Below, in pieces: positions 13,467 through 25,094 of a stretch of 64,000 nucleotides of DNA. The stretch covers positions 310,001-374,000 of the forward strand of contig NIVC01001010.1 of assembly GCA_002269645.1 (NCBI GenBank), read 5' to 3'. Every line of letters starts with the position of its first letter. The stretch's first letter is position 1. The stretch comes from Macrostomum lignano. Lineage: Eukaryota. The translations under genes and the position numbers were made by a program. A model generated the notes under the pieces. It made no database searches. It had not been told where the DNA came from and saw only the letters and a program-made list of their open reading frames with translations.

Positions 13467-14214
13467 GTTGCTATTTACAATACACGGTAGTTTATTGTAA
13501 ATTGTGTTATTAATATGTGTATTATAAGTGGCGTCTTTCGCCATTTTTGCTATCACTACGGTAATATTTTGTATTTTCTATTCTTACAGTGAGCTGTACT
13601 ACTTAACCTGTGCTGTGACTGTCTCTCGTTACTGCATGCTTCTTTTTCTATAGCGCCATCTTCTATCATTTTCACAAGAAGATTTTGTAAACAAGCTGCA
13701 GCCTGCCCTGATAGTCGGGATTCTGGATTCTGGAAAAGATAAATAAGAAATTATTCTTTTCTTAAACCTTGCTCTGTCTCTGTGTGTCTCTACCCAGTGT
13801 GTAGCAGGGTTCTTTTAAGTTTTTTACAGCCAACAGTGTCCGCCTTACATTGTCTCAAACTGTATCCAGCATTGTCTCAGTCTGGGGGCAGCTCAGAGAG
13901 GCGGGTAAGGCAGCCATCTCACTCGGTTTACTCATAGCTGTGTATAATTAAGATTGTAGAAGTTTAGCAAAAGAGAAATGAATGAGCAGTTGAGTTAGTG
14001 GCGCTTGGTAAAGCTGTGCTATAGTTTTTGTCATTTTTTCTCTGGATGCTTTTTGCATAGTAATTGTAGAATTTCACACTTAGCAACTGCTCGTGGCTAT
14101 GCGTACGATTTCAACTAATACTATTATAGGGCACCGAATGAGGTATGAATATGATCAACTACCTTACAAGTAGTCACGTGTTCGAATGAGTTTATAGTAA
14201 GCTAATTTATTGCA

Positions 14215-15810
14215 CTGGGGTGGCACTGTTGTGGGGTGGCACTGTTGTGAGGTGGCACTGTTGTGAGGTGGCACTGTTGTGAGGTGGCACTGTTGTGAGG
14301 TGGCACTGTTGTGAGGTGGCACTGTTGTGAGGTGGCACTGTTGTGAGGTGGCACTGTTGTGAGGTGGCATTGTTGTGAGGTGGCATTGTTGTGAGGTGGC
14401 ACTGTTGTGAGGTGGCACTGTTGTGAGGTGGCACTGTTGTGAGGTGGCACTGTTGTGAGGTGGCACTGTTGTGAGGTGGCACTGTTGTGAGGTGGCATTG
14501 TTGTGAGGTGTCACTGTTGTGAGGTGGCACTGTTGTGGGGTGGCACTGTTGTGAGGTGGCACTGTTGTGGGGTGGCACTGTTGTGAGGTGGCACTGTTGT
14601 GGGGTGGCACTGTTGTGAGGTGGCACTGTTGTGAGGTGGCACTGTTGTGGGGTGGCACTGTTGTGAGGTGGCACTGTTGTGGGGTGGCACTGTTGTGAGG
14701 TGGCACTGTTGTGAGGTGGCACTGTTGTGGGGTGGCACTGTTGTGGGGTGGCACTGTTGTGAGGTGGCACTGTTGTGAGGTGGCATTGTTGTGAGGTGGC
14801 ACTGTTGTGGGGTGGCACTGTTGTGGGGTGGCACTGTTGTGAGGTGGCACTGTTGTGGGGTGGCACTGTTGTGAGGTGGCACTGTTGTGAGGTGGCACTG
14901 TTGTGAGGTGGCACTGTTGTGAGGTGGCACTGTTGTGAGGTGGCACTGTTGTGAGGTGGCACTGTTGTGAGGTGGCACTGTTGTGAGGTGGCATTGTTGT
15001 GAGGTGGCATTGTTGTGAGGTGGCACTGTTGTGAGGTGGCACTGTTGTGAGGTGGCACTGTTGTGAGGTGGCACTGTTGTGAGGTGGCACTGTTGTGAGG
15101 TGGCACTGTTGTGAGGTGGCATTGTTGTGAGGTGTCACTGTTGTGAGGTGGCACTGTTGTGGGGTGGCACTGTTGTGAGGTGGCACTGTTGTGGGGTGGC
15201 ACTGTTGTGAGGTGGCACTGTTGTGGGGTGGCACTGTTGTGAGGTGGCACTGTTGTGAGGTGGCACTGTTGTGGGGTGGCACTGTTGTGAGGTGGCACTG
15301 TTGTGGGGTGGCACTGTTGTGAGGTGGCACTGTTGTGAGGTGGCACTGTTGTGGGGTGGCACTGTTGTGGGGTGGCACTGTTGTGAGGTGGCACTGTTGT
15401 GAGGTGGCATTGTTGTGAGGTGGCACTGTTGTGGGGTGGCACTGTTGTGGGGTGGCACTGTTGTGAGGTGGCACTGTTGTGAGGTGGCACTGTTGTGAGG
15501 TGGCACTGTTGTGGGGTGGCACTGTTGTGGGGTGGCACTGTTGTGAGGTGGCACTGTTGTGAGGTGGCACTGTTGTGAGGTGGCACTGTTGTGAGGTGGC
15601 ACTGTTGTGGGGTGGCACTGTTGTGAGGTGGCACTGTTGTGAGGTGGCACTGTTGTGAGGTGGCACTGTTGTGGGGTGGCACTGTTATAGGGTGGCATTG
15701 TTGTGAGGTGGCACTGTTGTGAGGTGGCACTGTTGTGAGGTGGCACTGTTGTGAGGTGGCACTGTTGTGAGGTGGCACTGTTGTGGGGTGGCACTGTTAT
15801 AGGGTGGCAC
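14215..15810. repeat. 16-bp minisatellite with higher-order structure
   Basis: Unit GGTGGCACTGTTGTGA/G. Confidence 0.97.
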
Positions 15811-15914
15811 TCATATCGCTCATAGACAGTTGAATTGTGCGAGAACTGCAGCTGCTATGACTTGTAATTAATGAATAAAAGCCGAGCAAGGCAAAGCAAA
15901 GCGCCGGTGCTCAC

Positions 15915-16038
15915 CACCCGTATCAGTAGGCAGGCTGTTGGCAAACCCAGTCGCCGCAGATGCCGCAGAGGCGGGCAGCACGGAGGCCAGCTTGTTGGGA
16001 TCGGTGAGCAGGCCGCCGCCCTTCTGCTGCAGTTTGTG
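15915..16038 (-). CDS. zfh2: zfh2-like coding exon 2 (not in the ORF track)
   Basis: Acceptor TTGCAG|CAC and donor G|GTGAGC; 124 nt, phase 0 to 1, encoding HKLQQKGGGLLTDPNK. It reconciles the phases of exons 1 and 3. Confidence 0.75.
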
Positions 16039-16229
16039 CTGCAAAGTTAGAAATTCGGTGAGTTCAGTGAATTACACTAAGGCTGGGTCTGGGTTCCTCA
16101 GGCAGTCTTCATTGATATAAATAGTCTCAAGCCTTCCGTATATTTATGCTATAAATAATGCAGCCCAGGCCCCTCGAGTCCGCTCGTGGCGGCGGTCACA
16201 GTGAGGGGTTTGAAGTTGTTTCATCGAAA

Positions 16230-17360
16230 CAATATTCGGAATTTTTTGTTGGAACAAATGGCTGAGTCAGACCTCTAAAGGGCTAGTTTAGAATTTTATA
16301 ATATAAAGCGAAAAAAACACCGTATTGACGTCCCCAGACAGACAACCACAGCTGTGCACTCGATGCACATCTGTACCTCTCTCCCCAAATTTACTAAATG
16401 CATATAAGATATAGCACTAGTATTGCTTACACCGAGTCTAAAAGGAAGTCAAGGTGGAACAACGGGGGTTTACAAGCCCTAGATTTAACTCGTTCACAAA
16501 CTCGAATACTTCTCTTCTCAAGCTCAAAGTGCCACAAACTCGAATACTTCTCTTCTCAAGCTCAAAGTGCCACAAACTCGAATACTTCTCAAGCTCAAAG
16601 TGCCACAAACTCGAATACTTCTCTTCTCAAGCTCAAAGTGCCACAAACTCGAATACTTCTCAAGCTCAAAGTGCCACAAACTCGAATACTTCTCTTCTCA
16701 AGCTCAAAGTGCCACAAACTAGAATGCTTCTCTTCTCAAGCTCAAAGTGCCACAAACTCGAATACTTCTCTTCTCAAGCTCAAAGTGCCACAAACTCGAA
16801 TACTTCTCTTCTCAAGCTCAAAGTGCCACAAACTAGAATGCTTCTCTTCTCAAGCTCAAAGTGCCAAAAACTCGAATACTTCTCTTCTCAAGCTCAAAGT
16901 GCCACAAACTCGAATACTTCTCTTCTCAAGCTCAAAGTGCCAAAAACTCGAATACTTCTCTTCTCAAGCTCAAAGTGCCAAAAACTCGAATACTTCTCTT
17001 CTCAAGCTCAAAGTGCTAAAAACTCGAATACTTCTCTTCTCAAGCTCAAAGTGCCACAAACTCGAATACTTCTCTTCTCAAGCTCAAAGTGCCACAAACT
17101 CGAATACTTCTCAAGCTCAAAGTGCCACAAACTCGAATACTTCTCAAGCTCAAAGTGCCACAAACTCGAATACTTCTCGAGAATTGTTTTGCCCTCTTAG
17201 TAGAATTACTCGGCAAACTACTCAGCTGAGATGCCGCAGCTTCATTTAAAATACATTTGGCTTTTAATTCTCAAATCAAATCTTTCGTGGACTTGGCTCT
17301 TTGTTTAATTCGCCTTATGCTTTGAGCGGAGAGATCGAATTCTGCGGTACTTGTTCTGGA
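16230..17360 (-). pseudogene. decayed P-element/THAP9-like transposase sequence downstream of the THAP ORF
   Basis: Hand translation gives RRIKQRAKSTKDLI*ELKAKCILNEAAASQL and KQY*CYILYAFSK, resembling the coiled-coil and following segments of THAP9/P transposases. It carries stops and a frameshift and is split by a minisatellite. Similarity was judged by eye. Confidence 0.5.
16495..17178. repeat. 38/33-bp minisatellite within the decayed transposase
   Basis: Unit CTCGAATACTTCTC(TTCTC)AAGCTCAAAGTGCCACAAA. Confidence 0.95.
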
Positions 17361-17361
17361 G

Positions 17362-17810
17362 CAGGGGTTGGCAAACTCTTTGTCTCCAGGGCCAGATGGA
17401 GAACCTAGCGCGTGACTGCGGGCCAGAGGAGGAGAGAGAGGAAGAGAGGAGAGGAAGAGGAGAGGAGAGGAGAGGAGAGAGAGGAGAGGAGAGGAGAGGA
17501 GAGGAGAGGAGAGGAGAGGAGAGGAGAGGAGAGGAGAGGAAAAGAAAGACCGGAGAGGAGAGGAGAGGAGAGGAGAGGAGAAGAGAGGAGAGGAAAAGAA
17601 AGACCAGAGAGGAGAGGAGAGAGAGGGGCGAGGAGAGAAGAGAGAGGAGAGGAGAGGAGAGGAGAGAGGATAAGAAAGATGAGGAGAGAGGAGATTAGAG
17701 AAGATAGCTGAAAAGAGACAAGCCTGGAGCGGGCCGAATTGCAATTGTGAAGTTTCAAAGGACCCGATGACCGGACAGAGAGGCTTGGCGGGCCGATCTG
17801 GACTCTAAAG
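17362..17810 (+). mobile_element. hAT-Charlie-like non-autonomous fragment with internal (GAGAG)n
   Basis: Starts CAGGGGTTGGCAAACTCTTT...AGGGCCAGAT, a Charlie/MER58-like terminus. Purine microsatellite at about 17425-17700; the far TIR was not seen. Confidence 0.6.
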
Positions 17811-17868
17811 CAAACGTACTAGGATTTCATTAGCCTAGCTGCACTTTTCTTGGGCCGGCAATGGGCAG

Positions 17869-18414
17869 CTAGAAGCCTACTGTATCTGCGCTTGAGATCT
17901 TCACCTTATCGAAGCAGTTAGCATGGAGGTCCGGTCTTGGATGCTCATCTTTTTCACTGCCAGCCACAGGGGCTTTCGGCTTGCTGCTGCTGCTCTCTGT
18001 TGATTGACAAAATGCAGCGGAATCAATTTCGCGAGCTGCGGCCGCGGTGGCAGTCTTTCGTTTCTTTTCAGCTTTCGGCTGCAGATGGTCAGGGAACGCC
18101 GGGAAGATGGAAGGAACGGCGTTCGGATACAGGCGTCTTCTGACGGTAGGCAGAAAGCCTGCGAACTGCTCCTTGAAGCAGGATTGCTCAAAATGAATCG
18201 AGCAGACTTGCGTGGATGGCGATGGCTCGAAGTTTTTTCGTCTCAGCGCTACCAGCCACCTGTTCCTGAGCTGCTTGTCCTTTGGAAAAGTATGGAAGGA
18301 CACTCCGGGCAGAGACATTGCTGCGTTGTTTGAGCAGCCAAAAGCGCAGCAAAAGCTGCCGTGATTTCCTCTTATTTTTCTCGGCAATTTGGAAGATTCC
18401 GATTGTTGTTCCAT
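17869..18414 (-). CDS. THAP-domain ORF (P-element/THAP9-like N-terminus) nested in zfh2 intron 1
   Basis: Complete C2CH THAP signature: CAFGC, FHTFP, RWL, CSIHF, AVPSIF. Open for 181 aa; in-frame acceptor at 18438 and donor at 17905. Confidence 0.85.
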   Translation of the reverse strand: MEQQSESSKLPRKIRGNHGSFCCAFGCSNNAAMSLPGVSFHTFPKDKQLRNRWLVALRRKNFEPSPSTQVCSIHFEQSCFKEQFAGFLPTVRRRLYPNAVPSIFPAFPDHLQPKAEKKRKTATAAAAREIDSAAFCQSTESSSSKPKAPVAGSEKDEHPRPDLHANCFDKVKISSADTVGF

Positions 18415-19019
18415 TTCGTTTTGAATAAGTTTGCTTAGCTGTGTAAAATTAGTTGGCCTTGCTATTCATACTTCGGTCCCCAGGCCGTATTAATATGCAT
18501 GCTGGTTTAAAATGGGGCAGACGGCTGGCCTCCCCAGGCCCCAAATATCGATCGTTTTTGGATGCGGTTCACGCGGGGAGAGGACCATTTTTGCTTTGTA
18601 ATTTGGCAACAAACGAGCCCAGACAAGCAATGTTGGATGCATGCAACAGTCAAGTTTATCTGGTCTATCTGTGACCGTGTCTGTCTGGAACAAAGACCTA
18701 TGGGCTCTACTAAGACCTAAAAAATCTTATTTATAGTTATGATGCTATTTTTAGAATTTGCGGCAATAAATCATTCGCAATTTTATTTTGTGGCTTTGCG
18801 GGTTCGAAGCGTCGAGATTCTGTGGGAATTGGGGAGCTCAAATGACAACTACGGCCAGGCAGGGAATACTTTACATAGAGTAGAGTATTCCCTGGGCCAG
18901 GTGTTCGAGATTTGGCCGAAAAAACTGAGCAATAAAGAAGCTCACTACTTAATAGAAAATTTAGAGACGGAATAGCTTCCATTGATGTAATATTATCCTA
19001 TACATCCCTTTTCGGAGAG

Positions 19020-19650
19020 GCGGGTGAGAGAGACGGAGGAGGGAGGGAGAAAGGCGGAGAGAGGTGGGAGAGAGACAGAGGAGAAGGAGACAGGCGGGAG
19101 AAAGGCGGGGAGAGCAGAGGAGAGAGAGAGGCGGGAGAGAGGTGGGGGAGAGGCGGGAGAGAGGTGGGGGGAGGCGGGGGAGGCAGAAGAGAGAGGCGGG
19201 AGAGAGAGGCGGGAGAGAGGCGGGAGAGAGAGGCGGGAGAGAGGTGGGGGAGAGGCGGGAGAGAGGTGGGGGAGAGGCGGGGGAGGCAGAAGAGAGAGGC
19301 TGGAGAGAGGTGGGGGAGAAGTGGGAGAGGCAGAGGAAAGAGGCGGGAGAGGTGGGGGAGAGGCGGGGGAGGCAGAAGAGAGAGGCGGGAGAGAGGCGGG
19401 AGAGGCGGGAGAGAGGCGGGAGAGGCGGGAGAGAGGCGAGAGAGGCGGGAGAGGCGGGATAGAGAGGCGGGAGAGAGGCGGGGAGAGGTGGGGGAGAGGT
19501 GGGGGAGAGGCGGGGAGAGGTGGGGGAGAGAGGCGAGAGAGGCAGGAGAGAAGCGGGAGAGGCAGAAGAGAGAGGCAGAGGAGAGAGGTGGGGGAGAGGT
19601 GGGAGAGAGGCGGGGGAGAGGCGGAGGAGAGAGGCGGGAGAGAGACGGAG
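19020..19650. repeat. purine-rich GAGAGGCGG(G) low-complexity repeat (zfh2 intron 1)
   Basis: Begins about 35 nt after the exon 1 donor. Confidence 0.9.
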
Positions 19651-19684
19651 ACCCCAGCAATACCAGCACCTGCGTCTTGCTCAC

Positions 19685-20769
19685 CTCTCTCAGCTTGTGG
19701 CCAGGCTGTTGGAAGTGCCGCAGCAGTTCCGCCTTAGTCTGGCAGACGCAGCTGCACAGCTGGCAGCGATAGCGACAGCAGCCGGGGCCGCTAGTGAGCC
19801 TCCGCTCCTCGCTGCAGAGGTGCAGTAGCAGGTAGGCATTCAGCTGGTGACTGGGGAGTGCCAGGTGCAGCTGCATTTTGTGCAGCGAGGCCGCCACGTA
19901 GCCGCAGGCATTGCAGCGCAGCTGCACAGGGTTGCCACTGGTTGCAGTGGACAGCCGGGAGGTGCCGCCGTTGGCATCGCCGCCGGCGCCCAGCCGCAGG
20001 TGGTTGAGCAGCTGCAGCCGCTGCATGTGCTTATCAGTCTTGCAGTGGAGGTGAAAATTCGCCTTCAGATTGGAGCGATAGTCGCATAGCGCGCACTGCC
20101 AGTAGCCTGCGGCGTAGCCTGTGGCCTCCGAGCTGGGCTCAAGTCGTGGCTCCACGGAGTGCGCGTGAAGCTCCGGCAGCGAGTCGGTGTGGAAGCTGTC
20201 GCACACCTGGCAGGTGAACAGGTGCGACGGATCGTTGGCGGATCGAGCACCGGCTGACCGAGGCTGATGCGGCTGTCTGTGCTGTTGGGCCTGCTGCTGC
20301 TGATGGTGCCGCCCGCTGCCGCCCGGCTTCGGGTGTATCGCCGATCGAGCAGCGCCCGAGGCCGAAGTCGACGCCGGAGCGAGGCCTGACAAAGCGGAGG
20401 CGCCGCCGTTTCCGCCAGAGCCGGCAATGACGCCGGCGGCGCGCTGCAGATCGTGCACGTTGTTGCAGTGCTTATCGGACTGCATGTGGATGGCCAGGTT
20501 GCCCTTGGTGGTGGTGCTGTAGTTGCACACCTCGCAGCGGTAGGGCTTGTAGCCGCAGTTGTAGGTCTCGCCGCGGGCTAGCCGCGGATGGCTCTGGTTA
20601 GTCAGGCAGTAGTGGCAGGCATCGCATCGGCCCTGACCGCCAGGATCGCCCGAGCCGGTTTCCGGGTGCTTCTCTTTGAGGTGAATCTCCAGAGTCTCCT
20701 GGTACTTGTAGTGCCAGTTGCATTTCGGACACTTGATGTGCTTGTTCAAGTGGCGTGCCTGGCCGCTGC

Positions 20770-20804
<35 letters not shown>

Positions 20805-21697
20805 TGCGAGTCGGCTGGCAGATGCGGCATCGGCGGTGGCGGCCCCAGCGGCGGCGGCAGGAAGGCTGTCCAGGGAAAGGCGGACAAGAGGCCGGCAAAG
20901 GAGGGCGGCGGATGAGGCGGCGGCAGCGGTGGCAGCGGCAGAGACGGCAGCTGGACAGGCGGCATGGATGCTGCAGCTTCATCAGGTTCATCCGCGGACT
21001 CGTCAGCAGACTCGGGGTTGGCCGCATCAGCAGCTCTTTCCTCGGTCTCCGCCTCGTCGCCTTTGTTATTCTCCTCGTCCGAGCCATTCGCGGCTTCCTG
21101 GTCCTGTTCGCTGCGGCTGCCGCTGTGCCACGGGCGGTCCTCGAACAGCCGCAGGCGGAGTCCGCGCCCGCCCCAGTCAGCGATGACGCCAGCCACTCCG
21201 GCGCCAAACGGTTCGTCCGGCGCCGCCAGACTGTGCCCCGTGCAGTGTCCGGTCAGCTCGTCCGCCCTGGCCAGCCGCCGCCTGCAGGCGAGACAGACAA
21301 GCAGCGGCGGCTCTTCAGTTGGCGAGGCGGCGGACAGTCGGCAGTAATCGACTGCGACCGAGCGACCGAGGGCTCTGTGGAGGCGGGTCTCGGCGGCCTG
21401 ACGACATTCGGCCAGCGACGTCAGCGGATCAGCGGCTGCACCGCTACTGGATCGCTCGCGCAGCAGGAAGGCTCGAACTCCGCACTGCTCGGCCAGGCAC
21501 AGGAGCACAGAATCTGTTGCAGACTCGGCCAGCAGCAGCTCGGACTCTTCATCAGTCACGGCGTCAGTGGAGTCTGCGCCAATTTTGTTATCATCGTTGA
21601 CTTCGGTCTGACCAGCCAGGAGGAGCAGCACCTGGAGGCTGGCGCCACTGCTGGCGCGGATTTTGGCGCCAATTAATCGGTTGAAATCTGTCGACAT
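19685..21697 (-). CDS. zfh2: zfh2/ZFHX3-4-like zinc-finger homeobox protein, coding exon 1
   Basis: ATG at 21697. Encodes the ZFHX signature KCPKCNWHYKYQETLEIHLKEKHP...HPRLARGETYNCGYKPYRCEVCNYSTTTKGNLAIHMQSDKH plus further C2H2 fingers. Phase-0 donor GAG|GTGAGC at 19685. The Pro/Ser-rich tail of the listed ORF is intronic repeat. Confidence 0.92.
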
Positions 21698-24600
21698 GCT
21701 GCTGGTCGGCTGCAGCTGTGCGATGGCGCGGGTGCGGGCAGTTTATTTGAGCAGGAACAGAAAAATTTCTTATGGGGGGGGGCCTCGCTGAGCAGCCGAG
21801 AAGGCAAAGAGAATAAGTCTGATGAAGACACGGCGCGGTCTGCGAATTGCGAGAGGAGGCTGCGGGCCGCTGCTGCTCAGGGGAGGGCCAGGATAAATAT
21901 TATGAGGGAGGAGCGGGAGGGAGGGAGGCTGAGAGCGGGAGGGCCGGCCCCTGATGAGGCCCTAATCAAGAGCTCATCTTATATGCAAAATAGATAATTA
22001 GAATGGTTTGCAATCAGCCAGGGCCCCAGCGGTTAGTTGTATCTTAATCTCGGGAGGCAAATCTTAAGCACCTAATCAGCAGAGAGAATGGAGCGGGCGG
22101 AGCGGGCCTAACACAATTCTACAGTGAAAATGAGCACTAATCACTTGCGCTTTAAGTAAGCACAAATTAATGCAGCCTCCCGGGCCCCCGGTTCGCTAAC
22201 TCGATAATCCAGCCTGAGGACTCGGCACCATCCTCAATCTTAATTACCAATATCAGAACTCCAATCTCCACTTGGTGGTCCCTCGGCCCTTCCCCCCCTC
22301 AGACCCAATCCAGACCTCTCCAGCCTCCGGTCCGGGGAGGGAATACCAGAGGGACCTCCTGTGGCCGAGTTGCCCCAGTCCAGCCGCGCTGGTCGGTGCC
22401 AAGGGATGCCTCGGAAGCTGGTGACGGGGCGCCAACCCCGCTCGAGCCCAAGAAGATATCGAAGGGTGGGGCTGGTGGGCCGAGCGAGACGAAAGTCGAA
22501 AGGAACGGAGCCGAGGCTTAGGCCCGCAGCCGGGAGCTTATCAAGGCAATTATTATCAAGTATTCTGCTAATTACTGGGATACTCGCCGCCTGAATTAAT
22601 CAGCATTTTAAACAGGCGCATGGCCCGCGGCTTCAGGCGGATGGGGATGGGTGAAAACTTGTTTTTCTGGCGCTGGTATATGCTTGGAAATTACTGGGCA
22701 CCGAGAGGAGTCGAGTGGCCGCTCGGTGGGATTGGGGGGAGGGGAGGAGGCTGCGGACCCCTCACCCAGCCTCTGTGAAGAGATGCTCGCCGAATAATGT
22801 TGAAAATTAGGGCTCCCCCGCCTCCAGAGAGGATGGGGACTGCATGGTCCTCGGTCCATCAGGCCCATCCCCTCCTGCCACTCAGCGCTCCGGCCAGCCC
22901 GTGAATGCCGCCAGTTGTCTGCCGCGCGGTTCTCTCCTCAAGTGCCCCAGCGCTAACAGCATGAGCAACAGCACCGCATCATCCCCAGCCTCCTCCGCCC
23001 GGCTCATCCCCGCCTCTTATCATCCCCTTGCTTTACTTCTATTTCTCTGTCTCTCTCTCTAGGGGCAGTCGAGCCAAGTTGTTCTCTACTTTTCTTTCTA
23101 GCTGCTCAAGCCTGGCTGTGCTCAAGTTAAGACACTGGTGTTGTCTGGACTCAGCCAGTGCTGCATGTGTATATGGAAGCTAATATCCAAAAAATCCATG
23201 CCTTCAGCATTGCATAGGGCCGCATGGCCAAGCCGTGCTCAATCATCGTCTTCAGTCTGCTTCTCTCCAATCTGGCCCGGGCTTCATCATCACTTCAGCC
23301 AGCGGAGTCCAGACTCCCAGACTGACTCCCAAAAGTCGAAGACTATAGGGGTGATAATTGGGCGCGATAGAGCAATCAATACAATATTATTATTGGGGGA
23401 TAAGTTGGAAGGAACAGATGCAGAGTATAACGAATATTCAGCATCCAAAAATGCCCAGCAGATTGTGGATAAGAAGACAGCAGCAAAAACTAGCAAACAG
23501 ATGGCGAACTAAACTTTAAGGCAATCTTTGTAGCTCACTTACCTTTTTCTGTCGCTTTTTAATCCTCTGCTGATCTCTCCGTCTTTCGCTGTTTAAATAC
23601 TAGACTCCGCCGTCATTAATTATATGAATTGTTAAAACTGAGATAAAGTCATAAGAGATTGAAAATAACAATATCAAAATTCTTTACTAACAATTTGTAT
23701 GTGGAATAGTAAAATAAAATAACGCTGTTTTTGTTTCCAACTTCGCCTTGTTAGATTAGATAGGCTTGTAAAATTTTTCACTGGTGGTTGGGACCCTCGG
23801 GGAGGTCGGGGGTTATTAGACGGTTGGCTATTAATTAGTCTGGTGCCCCGGGATTGGGTGGTGGGGAGCTGGGGTGGTTGGGGGTTGGGTTTGGATTTTT
23901 ATTGATACAGACGCTTGAACGGAGCCAGCCACTTTGCATAAGAAATCATATCAATTATCGGAAATTACACCCAACAAGTATAGAGTAAACACGTAGCGCG
24001 TATACCATAGAATTATTAAGACTTTAATATCTTTTTATTATTTTTTAGTGTTTTGTTAGTTAAAAGTAACGTCATGGCGCATCCCCCCAGACCGACATTA
24101 TAATATTTGACTGGGCATTGTTGCACAATCAATTAGACTACCCAGACGTGTTATAACAAAAATAATTCCAACTGTTCAAAGTTAAAGTAGCCCTTTTTAG
24201 GGGCGCGCTTGTGTTGCTGCCCAGACAAACATGCGCACCATTTGTGTTGTGTATCCTATACAGTCTTAACAGGTCATCTACAGTATATTAATAATAGAAA
24301 TGAATCAATTACTCACGCAAAGGAAATCAATCATATTTTGAAAAATAATGTTACATTAGCTAGAAAAGCTCCGAGGCCAGTTGTTCTATTGTGTATTAAT
24401 AATATAATATTTTGTTGACCAAAATTTCTAAATTTGTTTCACATCTGCACGCAATGCTTATTCGCATAGAAACTATTTAATAGCCATGCTTTACATGTAC
24501 TTCGATACATTTTCAAAACTTAACATTGTTTCCCAGATAAATTCCCATCGTCTGGGGGAAGCCAAAGTAGTTGGGGAACTGCTAATATTTGAGAGCATAG

Positions 24601-25094
24601 GCGTTAAACCGAGAGGGTTGGTCCAGAGTCTCCAGTCTAGGTAAAAAATGCATTCAGCTTGATCATTACCAGCCTGACGGATCTTCGAGACCTTCAACAC
24701 GATGAAACAAGTAAATTATTTAAATTTCTGTCTATTTGAGCACAGTGGCAGCAAACGTGTGCCTTTTTAAAGAAAGCAAACGAGAACAGTAGTATCGTGA
24801 GGATAAGAGCCAGTTCATTTGAAATGAAATTTATTGGATATAATTAGAAATCCTGTCTAGTTTAAAAGAGAAGTACTAGACGCGAATCTTTACACATTTA
24901 TATATCAATTTATTTATTCATAGACGTTTTGAAAGAAAAAACAATCATATACGGTAACACGGTAACACTACAGAAGTAATTTATTGTTCATTCAGATTTC
25001 ATTTGTAAGCAATGCAATAAATGAGTAACAAGGTATAGCCAATGTACACTTGTTAAAGCAACAGTCAATCTCAAGTTCCGATAGAGTGCCCACA

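Noticed and set aside
14164-15794. Long repetitive ORFs (PPHNSATSQQ..., also 34662-35723, 36596-37459, 42627-43472, 43923-44523, 48609-50333)
   Set aside because: They coincide exactly with minisatellites and are open in several frames; there is no coding evidence.
18998-19684. Pro/Ser/Leu-rich C-terminus of the 899-aa ORF
   Set aside because: Read-through past the exon 1 donor into a purine/pyrimidine repeat.
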